From the NCBI RefSeq assembly GCF_004010195.1, contig NC_057719.1, positions 73,328,365 through 73,392,364 on the forward strand: 64,000 bases of DNA, given 5' to 3'. The notes below the pieces were generated by a model that was not told the origin of the DNA, did no database searches, and saw nothing but the letters and a program-made list of their open reading frames with translations. This DNA is from Chiloscyllium plagiosum (lineage: Eukaryota). Positions 25,401 through 39,640 of this stretch are shown here, in pieces. Numbering within the stretch: the stretch's first letter is position 1; each line of letters starts with the position of its first letter. A program made the translations under genes and the position numbers.

Positions 25401-28400
25401 CCACGACTGAGCAACGTACTTGTGGAGACATTGAGGGCGCATTGGTTAGGATTTGCCTCTCCTGGGGTAAACTGTGTCAGCTTCAGTAACCTAGGCTCAT
25501 ATACGGGCAATTCTGAGGCAGGGTCACTGGACCCGAAATGCTAACTCTGATTTCTTTCCACAGATGCTGCCAGACCTGCTGAGATTTTCCAGCAATTTCT
25601 GTTTTTGTTTCTGAATTCCAGAATCTCCAGTTCTTTCAGTTTTTACTTGGTCGTTTGTTTGATTTATTGGAGTCACATGTACCTAAGTACAGTGAAAAGC
25701 TTTGTTTTGCGAGCAGTACAGGCAAATCATAGCGAACAAGGACACACAGATCATAGGTCGCTTAGACAGAGCGAGACATACAAGGTTACGGTGGCACAGG
25801 AGGTGCACAGAGCAAGATACTTAGAAATTAGGTTTAAAAGTGTGAAACGGTTATAAGAAATGAGAATAAAATATGCTGTAGAGAGCTCACAGAGTCACTC
25901 GGTGTCAGTGCTATCTTTAATCTCCCTGTGGGATCATACAGTCACTGTCTTCAAGGCTGAAAAGAGTAGACAGGGTTAAAGAAGAGCAAAAGCTGAACCA
26001 ATTTTGCTATTCATTTGACACTCAGGGTTTACGTACATTCCAAAGTGATGTTGCACAGGTACATAAAAAAAAAGTCATGGCCGAACCCTTTGATTTTTAA
26101 GTTGAGGTGTTGTTACGGATAGGTTGTTAGTGTGTTGTACAACCAACATCTCACTTTGTCCTCGCCATGAATCCAGAAGCAGACAGTGAGTGAGGACATG
26201 TCTTCTTTACTCCCTCTGTGTGAGGACCTTAATTTGGAATCATTGCAACAACACTGTTAAATGAGAAGAAGGGTTTTGATTCCAGTCTTCGATGTAAATG
26301 AATACAGCTCAGCACAGGTACATTTGCAAACATGGAAGGAGAGATCAAATCAAAAAGATAAAGATATTATTCAACTGCCAACAACTTAAATAGAAGAATA
26401 ACCAAGTGGATTCAGTTGACCATTGACCTTGCTTTTAAGACTGGGTCTAAACATTCAACAACTAGAATTAGCACACTGCAGTTCTTTAGTGGGAGCGTTT
26501 GATTGGGGTAGCCTGCAGTTGAGAAGTTGTTGGCAGTTTTTTTCTCTTTAAAAAAATGACTTGAAGGTGGTCTTTGGATTTTTGTTTTGCTGCAATTGAA
26601 CTTCTGTGTCACTGTTTTTGCTGAAGAAAAGTTGAATACTTACAGAGAGCACAATACAACATTTAAAAGGCATCTGGATAGGTACATGAACAGGAAGGGT
26701 TTAAGGATTTTTAAAATTTATTCATTAGTGGGATGTGGGTGTCGCTGGCTGGGCCCAGCATTTATTGCCCGTCCCTAGTTGCCCTTGAGAAGGTGGTGAT
26801 GAGCTGCCTTCTTTAACTGCCATTGTCCCACAATACCCTTCGGGAGGGAATTATGTCAGGCTGTTGTTTGACAGCTAACCCAAGTTTGGCCAAGATTAGA
26901 CTTTATAATTTGGAAATGAACTCCATGCTGCTTTCTGGTTTTGAACATTGTTTCATTGTATGCAAGTGCAACACTTGTATCCACTGATTGGATGCAGAAA
27001 TGCAGACATCAACTAACCATCCAGACAATGAGACTAACAAGTTTAGAAAATGAAATAACTTGCAATTAGATGTTACTGTACTCTGAACATCCCAAAACTC
27101 TCTTGCAACCAATGAAATAGCTTGAAGTATTGGTAACACAGCTCCAAACCCCATTACTGATTAAATTCTTCTGCCACATTAGAGAATTTGCCAAACCTCA
27201 AAAAGGAACTCCAAGAGGTCCTTGCAGCTTTGTCCCGTTCCGGCATTAGTTTCACAAACTATTCCTTGACATTATGCCTACTGGATTGCTATACTTTGAT
27301 CTTAATTTTGTTCACCTATTTCAGCCTAGTATGTCTTGAAAGTCATTAACATTTGGTATAAAGTTGGTGTAACTCGCAAAGTAAAAACCAAAGGATCTGA
27401 AGATGTTGGATATCAGAAACAGAAATTCCTGGAAAGTGGCAGCACGTCTGGCAGCCTCTGTGGATTGTAACTTATAGTTCTACTGTGTTGGAGTTTTCCT
27501 TAGAGTTCCCTATGTTTCTGTGGCATGTTAGTATTCCAGTTCCGTCAGTAGTTTACATGAGATGATGACTGTACGGCTGCTTTAGGCTTCTGAGAAGCTT
27601 CTGGAAGATTATTATGTGCAGTCACACGATTATGGCAACCATGTTTGTTGGGCTATTTAATTTGCTTTTAAAACCATCAGTAAATACATATACAGATATG
27701 AATTGACATTGTTTTGAAGAAAATCATAGTGACATGATGTAGCAAGCTGTATGACCTTAGCTTGGAGTGCACTTCATTGTCTGTTGCTCAGCATTTCTTC
27801 AGTCACTTTAATCAGCATTAACAGGCATTTTGAAATCCATAATTGAATTTAGCACAAAATATAACTTGAGTATTAAGAAAGATTTCAAAAAATGATGTTG
27901 GGAGATTTCAGGAGCTCAAGACTTAAGTGTACGTATGTTTTGTAATGTATCATTTACAATGTCATTAATTTCAGCAGAAAGGTGTACTCAGTTATAAACT
28001 GAAGAAATACTTCAGTGTTTTACAGACACACTGGGTGACAAGTTGTGTTGACGGTTAACTTATCAAAACTGGGTTGGTAAAGTGCTCTCATGTATTCCAA
28101 AATGAAATTAAAAGGGGAGGTAAAGGAATCCATTAGAATTCCCAATCTTGGTTAAACTTTAACTCGCTTGTTAACAAAATTGCAAAAATAAATGACTTAG
28201 GTCACCTTGGTGCTTTTGGCCTGTTCATCAGACCATGCTTCAGTCTTTCAATTATGTAGTTCCCTGGTTGTGTTATTATTAATGTTCACAGATTATCCTT
28301 GGTCATTTGATCTAGTTGTAATCATGATACTAGTAGTCTACAGAATGCTTAAAATATAATGCTTATCTTTGGATAAGAAACATTGTAAGAAATAACACAG

Positions 28401-29844
28401 CAAAGGATTTGTAAATTAGGCATTCTAAACTCACTTGTGAATAATGAAGGTTTCTCTAGAAACCAAGTTGCTTGAAACATGTTTATTTAATTGTGTTTCC
28501 TTTGCTTATTTTGTAAATCAAAAAATAAACACGAAATGCCAATCTGTCCTTTGTTCCCATTGAGATGTTACTTGTCATAACTATGATAATGACGATAAGC
28601 ACACGGAAAATGTGTTCAGTCAGGCCTGAAAGAGCATGAGACTAGCAGCTGTAACATCTCAACCACAAATATCATGTCTGTTGTGGTGTTGGTCTTGACA
28701 ATTACTATGTTTAACTGTAGGCTACTCAGATATGGCTGTTGATTAGGGTGGGGAAGAGACAACTCAATGCAATAAACTTTGGTGATCCTTACGAGGTCAA
28801 TTTATCTTCTAAACCAGGGTTGTTAACAAAACAAGCAATTATGCTGAGTGAACATCCAGTCTGCTTGTAAATAATGCAAGGAGCCATGTTACTGCTGTTC
28901 TACTTGCAATATAAGAAATGAAAAAATAGAAAAGCAAAAGGAGATGGTGGAACTGGACTTGTCAGCCCCGTGCCCAGATTGACCCTTGGTCTGACAATGA
29001 CTCCAATTTAAATTTATCCAACTTGTGTTCAAATTGTTCCATTATCTTTCATTTCCCGTTCTCTGTAAGCTCAGCCCACCTTACAGTCTCCTAAGATCCC
29101 TGCATTCCACCAGTTCTAGACTCTTGATTATCTTTTTTTTAAATCTTTGGTGTCTGCGCTTTCATCTGTTTCTGTCCCAAGTTCTGGAATTCTCTATCTG
29201 AATGTTCATAGCCCCTCCCCCTCTCCCTCCAGCTTTAAATCAATCCTTAAAACGTACCTCTTGGAAAAAGCTTTTGGTCACCTGTCCTAATATCTCCCCA
29301 TGTCTGACAATGTTCTTGGGATGTTTTACATGTTGGGATATTAATTCACTGTTGTTGAATAAAACGTTTAAAAATGTGGAATGATAGGAGCCCATATCTG
29401 CAGTTTGCAACTCACTACTGGATCAGCTTTGACTTATGTAATGGCTCCTGGAATAAAACAGGCTTTTCAGTGGTCCAGATAATTAGTTGTTCTTTGTTCC
29501 TTCTTGTGTTGTGACAGTCATTTATGTCCCCGATGGATACAGACTACTTCGCAGCAACCTTATACTATAGTGTTAATGGTGTGATGTTCAGGCGATGTGA
29601 GGAATATCCTGGGGCATTTGGCTTTTAAATATTGTTCATTCTATTTCAAATTGAGATTGTTTTTGAAATTGATGTCAGATATTTGGCAATTTATAACTAA
29701 AGAAGTTCATAAACAAACGCACCTTATATGCTACAGCACCCCAAATCTGGCTCTCAAAAGTATTTATAATGTTTCCTTGCAACAATTTTAATTGGCTAAA
29801 ATTTGAAAATAACTTCCAAAGCCTGTCCATCACCTGCACAGCAC

Positions 29845-30545
29845 AAAGCTGGATAGCTGGTTTGTGTTGCTGAGTGATGTCAACAGCGTGGGTTCAATTC
29901 CCACATTGGCTGATATTACCATAAAGGTCCTGCCTTCTCAACCTTACCCCTCTCCCGAGGCGTGATGATCCTCAGGTTAGACTCATCATCAGTCTTCTCT
30001 CTCGAAAGTGTGTGCTCTGTGACTATGGCAACGTTACATTTACAAGGCAGGAGTGTAGTGGAATACTTCTCACTTGCCTGGAAGAATGCAGCTCTTACAA
30101 TACTCAAGAAGCCTTGCATCACTCAGGATGATGCAGCCTCCTAAATCAGCATCATATCCACCACCTTCAGCATTCTCTACTACGAATGCTCAGTGACAGT
30201 GTGTACCTTCTATAAAATGCATAAAAATTCACCAAAGTTTATTAGACAACATCTTCCAAATGCATGACCATTTTCTCCTAGAAGGGCAAGGGCAGCAGAT
30301 GTATAGGGACACCACCAACTGCAGGTTTCTTTCCAAGGCACTCCCCATCCTGATTTGGAAATGTATCCTATAGTGCCATTGAGTCAAAATCATGGAACCC
30401 CCTCCTTATCAGCACTGTGGGTGTAGCTACATCAAATGGACAACATCAGTTCAAGAAAGTTTCTCACTGGCATCTCTTCCAGGGCAATTATGGATAGATA
30501 ATAAATAGCTGGTCCAGCCAGCAAAGTTCCAGGCCTCTGAATGAA
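29845..30545 (+). mobile_element. tRNA-like SINE head followed by an L2/CR1-group LINE 3' fragment
   Basis: GGGTTCAATTCCC at ~29890. Then RSVVEYFSLAWKNAALTILKK..ITQDDAA, matching the RS.MEY...W LINE C-terminus. Confidence 0.65.
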
Positions 30546-31571
30546 TGGGAGAAAGTACAGAAAAATGTCTTACATTATTACAGAGACTATTAGGAACACA
30601 CTCAGTTCAAGTCTGTCTCCTACAAACTCTTGCTTTACTCTGAACGAGTTCCTGTGATATCTTCACAATGAGTGGTGCTTACAGCACTCTATCAGGGCGT
30701 ATCGTATTTATTACCTTTTGTACTCGTAAACAGCAAGAATGATCATGGAACAGATTGATTTACGTAAAATCCTTCTGATTCACTTATATTGTTTAGAGAA
30801 AAAAATTTGCTGAGCTTACCTGTTCTGGCCTCCAGCCAAATCCAGACCCATGGTAATGTGCCTGAATCTTCACTGCCCTCAAAGAACAATTAGCAATAGG
30901 CAACACATTGCCAGTGACACCTGCATCCGATGAAAAGAATAATAAAAACTTGATTTTGAATGGGGAAATTCACATTTTCAACGTGCAATGTCCAGAAAAT
31001 CAAACTGGATAGCAAAAGACTTTGTTTTTATTTTTTTATACTACAGTGATAAGCAGAAGAATGAAAACTTTTTACCTCTTTGAATAAATATCCATAGACT
31101 GCAAAGTCATCATTAATATTCAGGCCCTACTCCATCTATCTGTTACTGTATTCTACATAAGCGAATTCCTGACCCTTGTGTCTATCATGGAGTTACAAAT
31201 CAGACCAGAATTGATGAAATGCAGCCTCTGGAACATGCTGCGGATTCTGCTGAATTTGCATATGCACTGTTCCTCTGTGGCCCTTTGCAGACCTTTCCAA
31301 GGCTGCACTGATCATCAAAGAGTTTTGCCAGCCATGGTTCTTCACCGACCATCACAATTCTAACCTCAACTCATCCTCATCCCATCATCTCCCAGCTACA
31401 GATATTTTTCCAGCTCAGAGACTTCCATTCATAAAAATCACCATCATTGTCCTTTTTTGAAAACTTACCATTCAGTTCAAACAGTCTGTCCTGGCTTTTA
31501 TCATCTACGTAACCTGCAGGTCTAATTTCAACATCCTGCTGTGCCTAATTTTCTTTGTCTTCTTTTATTTT

Positions 31572-31881
31572 TAGATTAGATTACTTACAGTGTGGAAACA
31601 GGCCCTTCGGCCCAACAAGTCCACACCGCCCCGCCGAAGCGCAACCCACCCATACCCCTACATCTACCCCTTACCTAACACTACTGGCAATTTAGCATGG
31701 CCAATTCACCTGACCTGCACATCTTTGGACTGTGGGAGGAAACCGGAGCACCCGGAGGAAACCCACGCAGACACGGGGAGAATGTGCAAACTCCACACAG
31801 TCAGTCGCCTGAGGCGGGAATTGAACCTGGGTCTCTGGCGCTGTGAGACAGCAGTGCTAACCACTGTGCCACTGTGCCACC
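31572..31881 (-). mobile_element. HE1-type V-SINE (young-looking)
   Basis: Full length, CpGs retained, (TTAGA)n tail on the plus strand. Confidence 0.93.
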
Positions 31882-33742
31882 GTTTCCTTCAGCCTCTCAT
31901 CATTTTTAAACATAGGCTTTAATTTTTAATGCTAGTCATATACTTTTTCTTTACTAGAGCTACTACTTATTCCTATTAGCTGTATTTCCTGAATCAGAGA
32001 TCCCCATAGTTTTGTGGGTAACTGACTCTTCCAAGAGATCCATCTTCCTCAGTCATTGGTCACTTTTGGCGTATTTTTCACACTAATTCTGGCACCATTT
32101 TACTACCCCACATTCCCCTTCCCTGTCATTCTTCTCTTGCCTTCACACTCTTTGCTGCTCCTTTTTAAATCTAATCCACATTGTCCCTTCCCTACTTTCC
32201 CCTATGGGCTGATGTACTGAATTTGTTTTTGTTTAATTCAGGAGATTTCAGTGTTTGACTTTGATGAGATCTTTGATTTGGCAACGTCTGCGCAATGTCT
32301 GCTCACCGTTGCTTCATCTGTTGTTGGAGTTACGATCAAAGACAGCGGGTGATTGAATGGGGCCCCTCTACACAGTCACCATTTTGTGTTTTGATGGGGA
32401 CAGGGTGGCAGAATTGGGCAATGTTGGGTTGTTGTGCCAAAGATTGGCCGGTGAGCTCAAGTGCACATTCTGGCAGTGACCACTGGATAGTGACCAGGAA
32501 GGACCTTGGATGATTATTTTCCCCAGTCCTTGCTAGCTACTTTTGGGGGCTGCTGAGGCTATGTGTAGTTTCTCTGCTGTTCCTCTGACAAAAGTGGTGC
32601 GGACCAAATCCAACCTTCAATCTTCTGATTTGCATTGATCAGTTACTTGGCAACTGAGCACGAAAGGCAGAATACTCTGATCTACTGCAATCATGTTAAT
32701 TTCAGTATTGACTTGGAATAATTCCAGTTGTATTGTTCATCTTTCCACAGTTCTTAATCTTCAAGTTACATAAAAAAATTGGATCTGCAGTCCACAAAGA
32801 ATTCAGTGCAACTCTCAATAAATTATAGGATTTTCCGCAAATATTTTTATTGGATATGGTTATGTTCATGACTCAATCTTATAGATTTTTCTGATTTGTT
32901 GTAATCGATGTTATTTAACTGCTATTTGTAAAAATTGTAAAGCTCTTTTAAAAATACTTTTCTGGAACTAAACACCAGGGATTATTTCCTCACTTGGCAA
33001 GGAATTGACATTTATGTGCAATATGAGGCAATGTAATGTCAGCAAGGTTTGAACAGACCTCTGCTGTACCATAACAATCTCACTTTCATTTACTCCTAGT
33101 GTCTCCATGAGATTGCCTGATCACAGGATGCGATCCAGAATCCAGGCTTATTAAAAGGAGTAATTAAACAGCAGCAGCAGTTCAGCATTGCCAATGGCCT
33201 TTGTTGCAATATTTAATTTTCAACTCCTTCATAGAGAAACAAAAGACCCCACTCAATTCCAAAGCAAAACTTGTAGCAAGCTTGAGGATCTGTTCTGGAC
33301 ATGCGCTTCTCCATCAATGGGATAGGAATTTCTGAGCAGCCAAAAAGCTCTCCACCTCAGTAAGGAGCTGACGTTCAGACCGTTTCCCCACAATTCAGGA
33401 CCATTAGAATGGGATCCTCAGACAAAATTGTCATTTACAGTAAGTTTCATAGAACGCAGAATCTGTCTTCAAATATCTTTTGCATTTTCAGAACAAGTGA
33501 ATTGAACACATTCGAAATAGATAAAGTTACAATGAAGCCATTTGTATGGCAAGGATGATTAAATTCACATTTTTTTGAATGGCAAAATTTTCCTACCCGT
33601 GTTACCCTATTTAAAATAAATGAGTTCAAATAATCCTAATCATAAAATGTAGATTTCGGTCTATTTGCAGCAAACTCAAATTAATTCAATTCCATGGATT
33701 AATACATAATTTATTTGGTACACAACCTTTGGCTTGAGATTG

Positions 33743-34100
33743 GGGCAGTATGGCGGCTCAGTGGTTAGCACTACTGCCTGACAGTGCCAGGGACCCGGGT
33801 TTGACTCCAACCTCAGGCGACTGTCTGTGTGGAGTTTTTACATCCTCCCTAAGTCTGCATGGATTTTTTCCGAGTGCTCCAGTTTCCTCTCACAATCCAA
33901 AGGTGCGCACATTTAGGTGAATTGGCCATGCTAAATTGCCCATAGTGTTCAGGGATATGTAGGTTAGGTGCATTAGTCAGGGGTAAATGTAGGATAATAG
34001 GGTAGGGGAATGGGACTGGGTGGATTACTGTTCGGAGAGTCAGTATGGACTTGTTGGGCCAAAGGGCCAGTTTCCACACTCTAGGGATTCAATAATTCTA
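33743..34100 (+). mobile_element. HE1-type V-SINE
   Basis: A/B boxes, V-domain and CR1-like tail. Confidence 0.92.
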
Positions 34101-34454
34101 ATATTTTGTAAATAATTCATTTTTAAGTTCTTCATTATGAAGATTTGAAGATTGTAAGAAACAATGAGCAGAATTTTGGTTGCATTTATCACAGATTAAT
34201 AATTAATAAATCAATTGAGCCATGTAGAAGCTTTTGGTTCAGAGAAGTGCCTTGGTGATACAGGAACAAGCTCCTTATGGATACAAGCTCCCATTCTGCT
34301 ACTATATTTGTAGCATCACCTACCAAATGATTACTCATTAACACAATGTTCAAGAATTGACATTTCTGATGCGAGGCATCTCCCACACTGAAATTAATTG
34401 AAAGTTAGGTTGAAGATTGTGCTGAGCCCCATGTTTTGGAGGGAGATTGTATGT

Positions 34455-34900
34455 ATATAGGAGTAGTCATTCAGCAGGTCAAGTCTGCCATGCAGTATAA
34501 CCAGGGCTGCTCATCCACAAATGCCTACATCCCCATTATCCCTTTTCGTAATTGGTCATCAAAAATCTGTCACACTCTACTTCAAACATACTCAAAGACT
34601 CAGCTTCCACTGACCTCCCTGGGGCAGGGAATTCCAAAAATTCACGATCCTCTGAGTAAAGAAGTTTCTCCTCATTTCTTTCCTAAGTGGGTTCATTCTT
34701 GTTTTGAAATTGTGTTCGGTGGCTCTGGGCTCCTGAACCAGGGAATCAAAACCTGTCCTTCATCTACTCTGTCTATCCCTTTGAGTATTTTGTAGGGTTC
34801 AGTGAGATCACCCCTCATTCTTCAAACGTCTGGAGTCTAGCCCATTTTCCTTAATCTCACTTCATAAGATAGTCCTGCCAGCTCGGGAACAAGTCTGTTG
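34455..34900 (-). mobile_element. Old CR1 3' fragment
   Basis: GGGAATTCCAAA.ATTCAC..TCCTCTGAGT.AAGAAGTTTCTCCTCAT pattern, as in the CR1 3' end at 48930-49100. Confidence 0.7.
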
Positions 34901-35059
34901 AGCCACATGAAGACACTGAGACATGCATTTATTAATGTATGAAGAGAAAGTTAGCTGTGGTGGAATGGAGCAAATGGAACAAATGTTGGTTAGGTACTGG
35001 TCAGTATCTAAAGAAGTCTTGCTTAGATTTTAAAAAATACATATTTTTAAAGGAAAACA

Positions 35060-36545
35060 CGAAGATTGAAAGCCACGGCTAACAAGGGATTTAAAGATTG
35101 TATTACATGAAAGGAGAAAGCTTAGAAAATTGCAAATAAACATTTTCAGTCCAAGGATTGGCAGAATTTTAAAATTCAGGAAAAAGCAAAAAAAACCTAA
35201 TTTTTAAAAAATAAAGTAGAATACGAAAAAAAGCAATAAACCTAAAACAGATGATAAATACTTCTATATATATGTGAAAAGAAAAAGATTAGGATAGACA
35301 ACTGTTGATCCATTACAGGCAGAGGCATAAGAAATTAAAGTAGGGAAATAAAGAAATGGTAGAGAAGCAAAATATGCATTTTGTGCCTGTCTTCACAGAT
35401 TGTGATGAAATGAAATAATTATGTCTCAAGAGTCTTGTGACCAATGTGGATTTGAAAGAAATTAGTTTTTGTAAAAATGTAATGGAAAAATTAATAGGAC
35501 TGCAAGTTGACATATCCCCTAGGGCTGAGTGTTGAATGAGGTGGTCATAGAGATAGAGATGCATTGGTAATCATCTTCTAAATTGTATTAATTCTGCAAT
35601 GATTGAAAGATTACAAATGTAACCCGACTGCTTAAGAAAGGAGGGAGAGAGAAAACGGGGAACTATAGATCTCAAGTTGATGTCAGAGTTAGGGAAAATA
35701 CTTGCAATTATTACAAAGGATGTGATCACTGGATATTTCAAAACTAGTTGTCTGATTGGGCATAGTCAGTGTGAATTTATGAAGGGACATGACAACTGAG
35801 TCAGTCGACAAGAGGATGGCTGTGGGAATATATTGTGGTCAAGTAAAAAGTTATTCACATTGATTGGAACAGATTACTGATAAATAATAGGAAAGTTTTG
35901 ATATTCATAAGTGTGAGCATGAACATGCAGCACATAACACAAACTCAAATGGTTTGCTAGATTTTATTTGAGAGGATTTTGTGTGAGAGGATTTGAGTAC
36001 AGGAGCGAAAAACCTTGCTCCAATTGTAGACAACATTGGTGAGACCACATCTGGATTGTTGTGTGCAGTGCTAGTCCCTTTTGCTGAGGAAGGATTATTC
36101 TTGCTGTTGAGGAGTGCAGAGGAGGTTCACCAGATTGTTGCCTGGGACGGGGAGGACTGCCTCGGAGGAGAGAATGAGGAGACCCTGGCCAGTATTCTCC
36201 GGAGTTGAGCAAGCTCCCAGAAATTTACAACATTCTTAAAGGATTAAACAGAGTAGATGCCAAAAGGATGTTTATTCTGGCTGTGGGCCTAGATCTAGGG
36301 ACACAGCCTTAAATTAAAAGGCAAACCATTTATGACTGTAACAAGGAGAAACATCTTCACTCAGTCATTAGTGCATCTTTGGAATTCTCTATCCAAGATA
36401 GAATTCTAGTTGGTAGCAAAATTAATGGATATGGGGCTAGTGGAGGGAGTTAGTGTTGAGGTAGATGATCAGCCATGATCCAGAATCACAGACAAAGCTT
36501 GAAGAGTGGGATGATCTACCCCTGCTTTTATGTTCTTATATTTTG
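35060..36545 (+). mobile_element. Old, fragmented CR1 LINE
   Basis: ANVTP.LKKGGREKTGNYR-like (~35615-35670), LVRPHL..C (~36036-36065), CR1-type 3' UTR. Confidence 0.75.
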
Positions 36546-37582
36546 CTACTTAACATTTTTTTTAAATTATTAATTTGTGGAATGTCAGCGATGCTGGTTG
36601 ACCTGCATTTTATTGGCTATAAGATAGATGGGTTTTTAGTGTCTCAGGAAATCAAGACATATGGTGGGCAGATGGGAAAGTGTAGTTGAGGAAGAAGATC
36701 AGCCATGAACTTATTGAATTTGGTTGGTCGTATTATCCACTCTTACCCCTCTTTATGTTCTTTGCTATTTAAATTCATATTGGATCTAAACTAGTGTGCT
36801 CCAATTTGATCCATATGGCGAGCATAAACTGCATTCAGTAAGGTTTCCGGATTCTGGAAATATCTTCAATCAATACAGATAACATTCAAGGAATTTTTTG
36901 TTAAAAAATGACAATGATCGAAATCCATGATCTAAACAATTTTTTTGTAGAAATTAGAGCTGAGCCGACAATTTACTCAATTTACTTTCTGGTCAATAAC
37001 CCTTCATCAGAAGTGAGGAGAGATAAATATTAGGATTTGGGAGTAGGAGGAGGGCAATTAATCTGAAGATTTCCACAGAAATAGAGGTAAAAAATTGAAG
37101 AAAAGGATGGGAAAAGTCCACAAAAGACCAGATGAAGGTAGAGAATGGGGTGGAAATTCAAAATGGAGTTGATTGTATTTTCCAACTCCATTTATTTCTC
37201 ATTTCTGACATTTTTTGTTTTAGTTTTCATTTGAATGGCTGCTATCCTGTAATCCATGATTCACAAAATATGTTTTTTTTTGTTTATTTTATCCATTACC
37301 GTTTGCTTGGATTTTGGACCATGAAAACTTTTGTCACTTAAACTATCCTGTTCTGAATCATCTGTCCTATGTTCAGACAAAGGATTGTTGTACTAGAATG
37401 TTCACTGTGCTTCCTACTTCTTAGATGATGCCTGACCTGTTTAATATTTTCAGTGTTCCCTGTTTTTAATGTCAGGTTTTCAGCACCAGCAGTATCTTAT
37501 GAGTGCTGTCAGAACATTTGAAGGAGTCTGAATGCATTTGTATTTTGTGTAGCCAACAGAAAGAAAAAATTGTATTTTTACA

Positions 37583-37903
37583 GTGGCACGGTGGCTCAGT
37601 GGTTAGCACTGCTGCTTCACAGCGCCAGAGACCCGAGTTCAATTCCCAGCTCGGACAACTGTCTGTGTGGAGTTTGCATATTCTCCCTGTGTCTGCGTGA
37701 GTTTCCTCCAAGTGCTCCGGTTTCCTCCCACAATCCAAACATGTGCAGGTTAGGTGAATTAGCCATGCTAAATTGCCCATAGTGTTATGTGAAGGGGTAA
37801 ATGTAGGGGAATGGGTCTGGGTGGGTTACTCTTCGGAGGGTCAGTGTAGACTTGTTGGGCCGAAGGGCCTGTTTCTACACTGTAAGTAATCTAATCTAAT
37901 CTA
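37583..37903 (+). mobile_element. HE1-type V-SINE
   Basis: A/B boxes, V-domain and (TCTAA)n tail. Confidence 0.93.
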
Positions 37904-39534
37904 ACATCAGATGATATCCCAAGGTGTTTTGCAGGCATGCTATCAATAAATTGGCATTGCACCAAGGAAGGAGATAGTAGGAGGGCAGGACCTTAAAATA
38001 TGATCAAAGAGGTAGATTCTAAGGAGGGTTTGAGAGAGAGAGAGAGAGATGCGGTGAAGTTTTGAAATTCAAAAGCTTATTACTGTTGTGATATTACCTG
38101 TCTCTATGGCTAAGCAAACGTGTAGCTTTAAGAGCGTTGTGATGACATCATGCCATGTGTTGTTATTGTCTGAAAGAATCTGACCCATTTGAGTAGCCCT
38201 TGCTGTAAATGGTAACCCATCAGGAAAGTCAGTTGGTCTACCAGCTTGAGCCCAAAACTGTACGAACGCCTATGATAGTGTTATTATACATTTTAGTTGC
38301 TCTATGAATAAATTTTCTGAGACTTAGTCTGAGCAAGACAATGCAAAGATTGAGATGACATCAGGCATGTCCTCAAGTGCTGCAGTGAAGGCGATAGAAA
38401 TATACACCGTACCAGCATTAGTAGAATTCCTGCAGACTTGTAGGGGTGAAACAGGAGACATAAAGAGGTGTGTTCACAGACAGGGCTTGAACATAAGATG
38501 AAAACTTTAAAGTAAAGTCATTGGCCAAATGCCAATGTAGATCAGGCAACATCACATTTTGGCTTGGGCATAGTATGGTTTAGACATGGGCAGCAGAATT
38601 TTTCATGAAGTGAAGTAAATAGAGTAGTGGGATGTCAGCCAGAAGAATATTAGGATGTTCAGAGGCAAGTAAATTTTAATGAGGGTTACAGTGCAGAAAA
38701 ACTGAAGCGTTGGCAGAGACAAAAGTGGCTCTGGTGATAGCTGAGGAAATGGGACCGGCAGCACATCACAGTGTGAACAAAGTCATCATGATTGTGAGCA
38801 GACCTGGTCAACATGCAACCAGGGCCAGAGGTGGTAGTGGATTCAATGTGGCAGGGCTAAAACATTTATACCTCCCAGTCTTTAATTGGAGGACATTGTG
38901 GATCATAAAAACTGTCTGTGGCTGAGGCAGTGGAGAATCCTGGTCAATTCTGGGCATTAAGCTTGATATTAAGGTATTGGAGCAGGTTTAGGAAACTTTA
39001 TTAGAAAGACAGCATCAAAGATATTTTTCGTTGACTAAGGATACTAAGATTGTTCTCTTTAGAGCAGTGAATGGGAGATCTCAATGATGAAGCATAATAA
39101 TGAGGAGTTGGGTGATCTAGAGGTCATTGACAGGATACAAGTTGTGAGGTGATCTATGGGTCATGAATGAGATCTGACTGATGAGGTGATCTAGAGATTA
39201 TCACTGAAATAAGATGTAGCTGTCAAACCTGACTTTGGGCCTTTCGATGATGTTGCCAAGAGGTAGATGGAGATAGGAAATAGGAGGGAGCCAAAGGTAA
39301 ACCCATTAGAGACTCCAGAAACAACAATGTTGAAGTAGGGGAGAGAAGCCAATGCAAGAAACTCATTTACTACATTGGATAAGGTAAAATTGGTAAGAAT
39401 AGACAACCACATTCTCAAACCTCTGAACTTAATCTAACTACACTGATGGTTCAAGAAGGCAACTCATCACGAACTTCCCCAGGGCGGTGAGGCGTGGGCA
39501 ACAAATGCTGGCTTTAAGAGTGTTGTGAATATAG

Positions 39535-39640
39535 GAGAAAGTGAGGACTGCAGATGCTGGAGATCTGAGTCAGCCAGTCAGGCAACATCTGAGGAGCAGG
39601 AGAGTCGACGTTTCAAGCATAAACCCTTCATCAGGAATGA
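39535..39640 (-). mobile_element. Short hammerhead-core repeat (family of 47821)
   Basis: Minus strand reads CATTCCTGATGAAGGGTTTATGCTTGAAACGTCGACTCTCCTGCTCC. Confidence 0.75.

Noticed and set aside
31590..31922. Recurring ORFs containing LAWPIHLTCT.LDCGRKP (also 4976, 8299, 37472, 62752)
   Set aside because: Antisense translations of HE1 SINE copies, not a protein family.
33235..33439. Exon-like segment with a good acceptor (TTCATAG) and donor (GTAAGT)
   Set aside because: All three frames contain stops. A non-coding exon cannot be supported from sequence alone.
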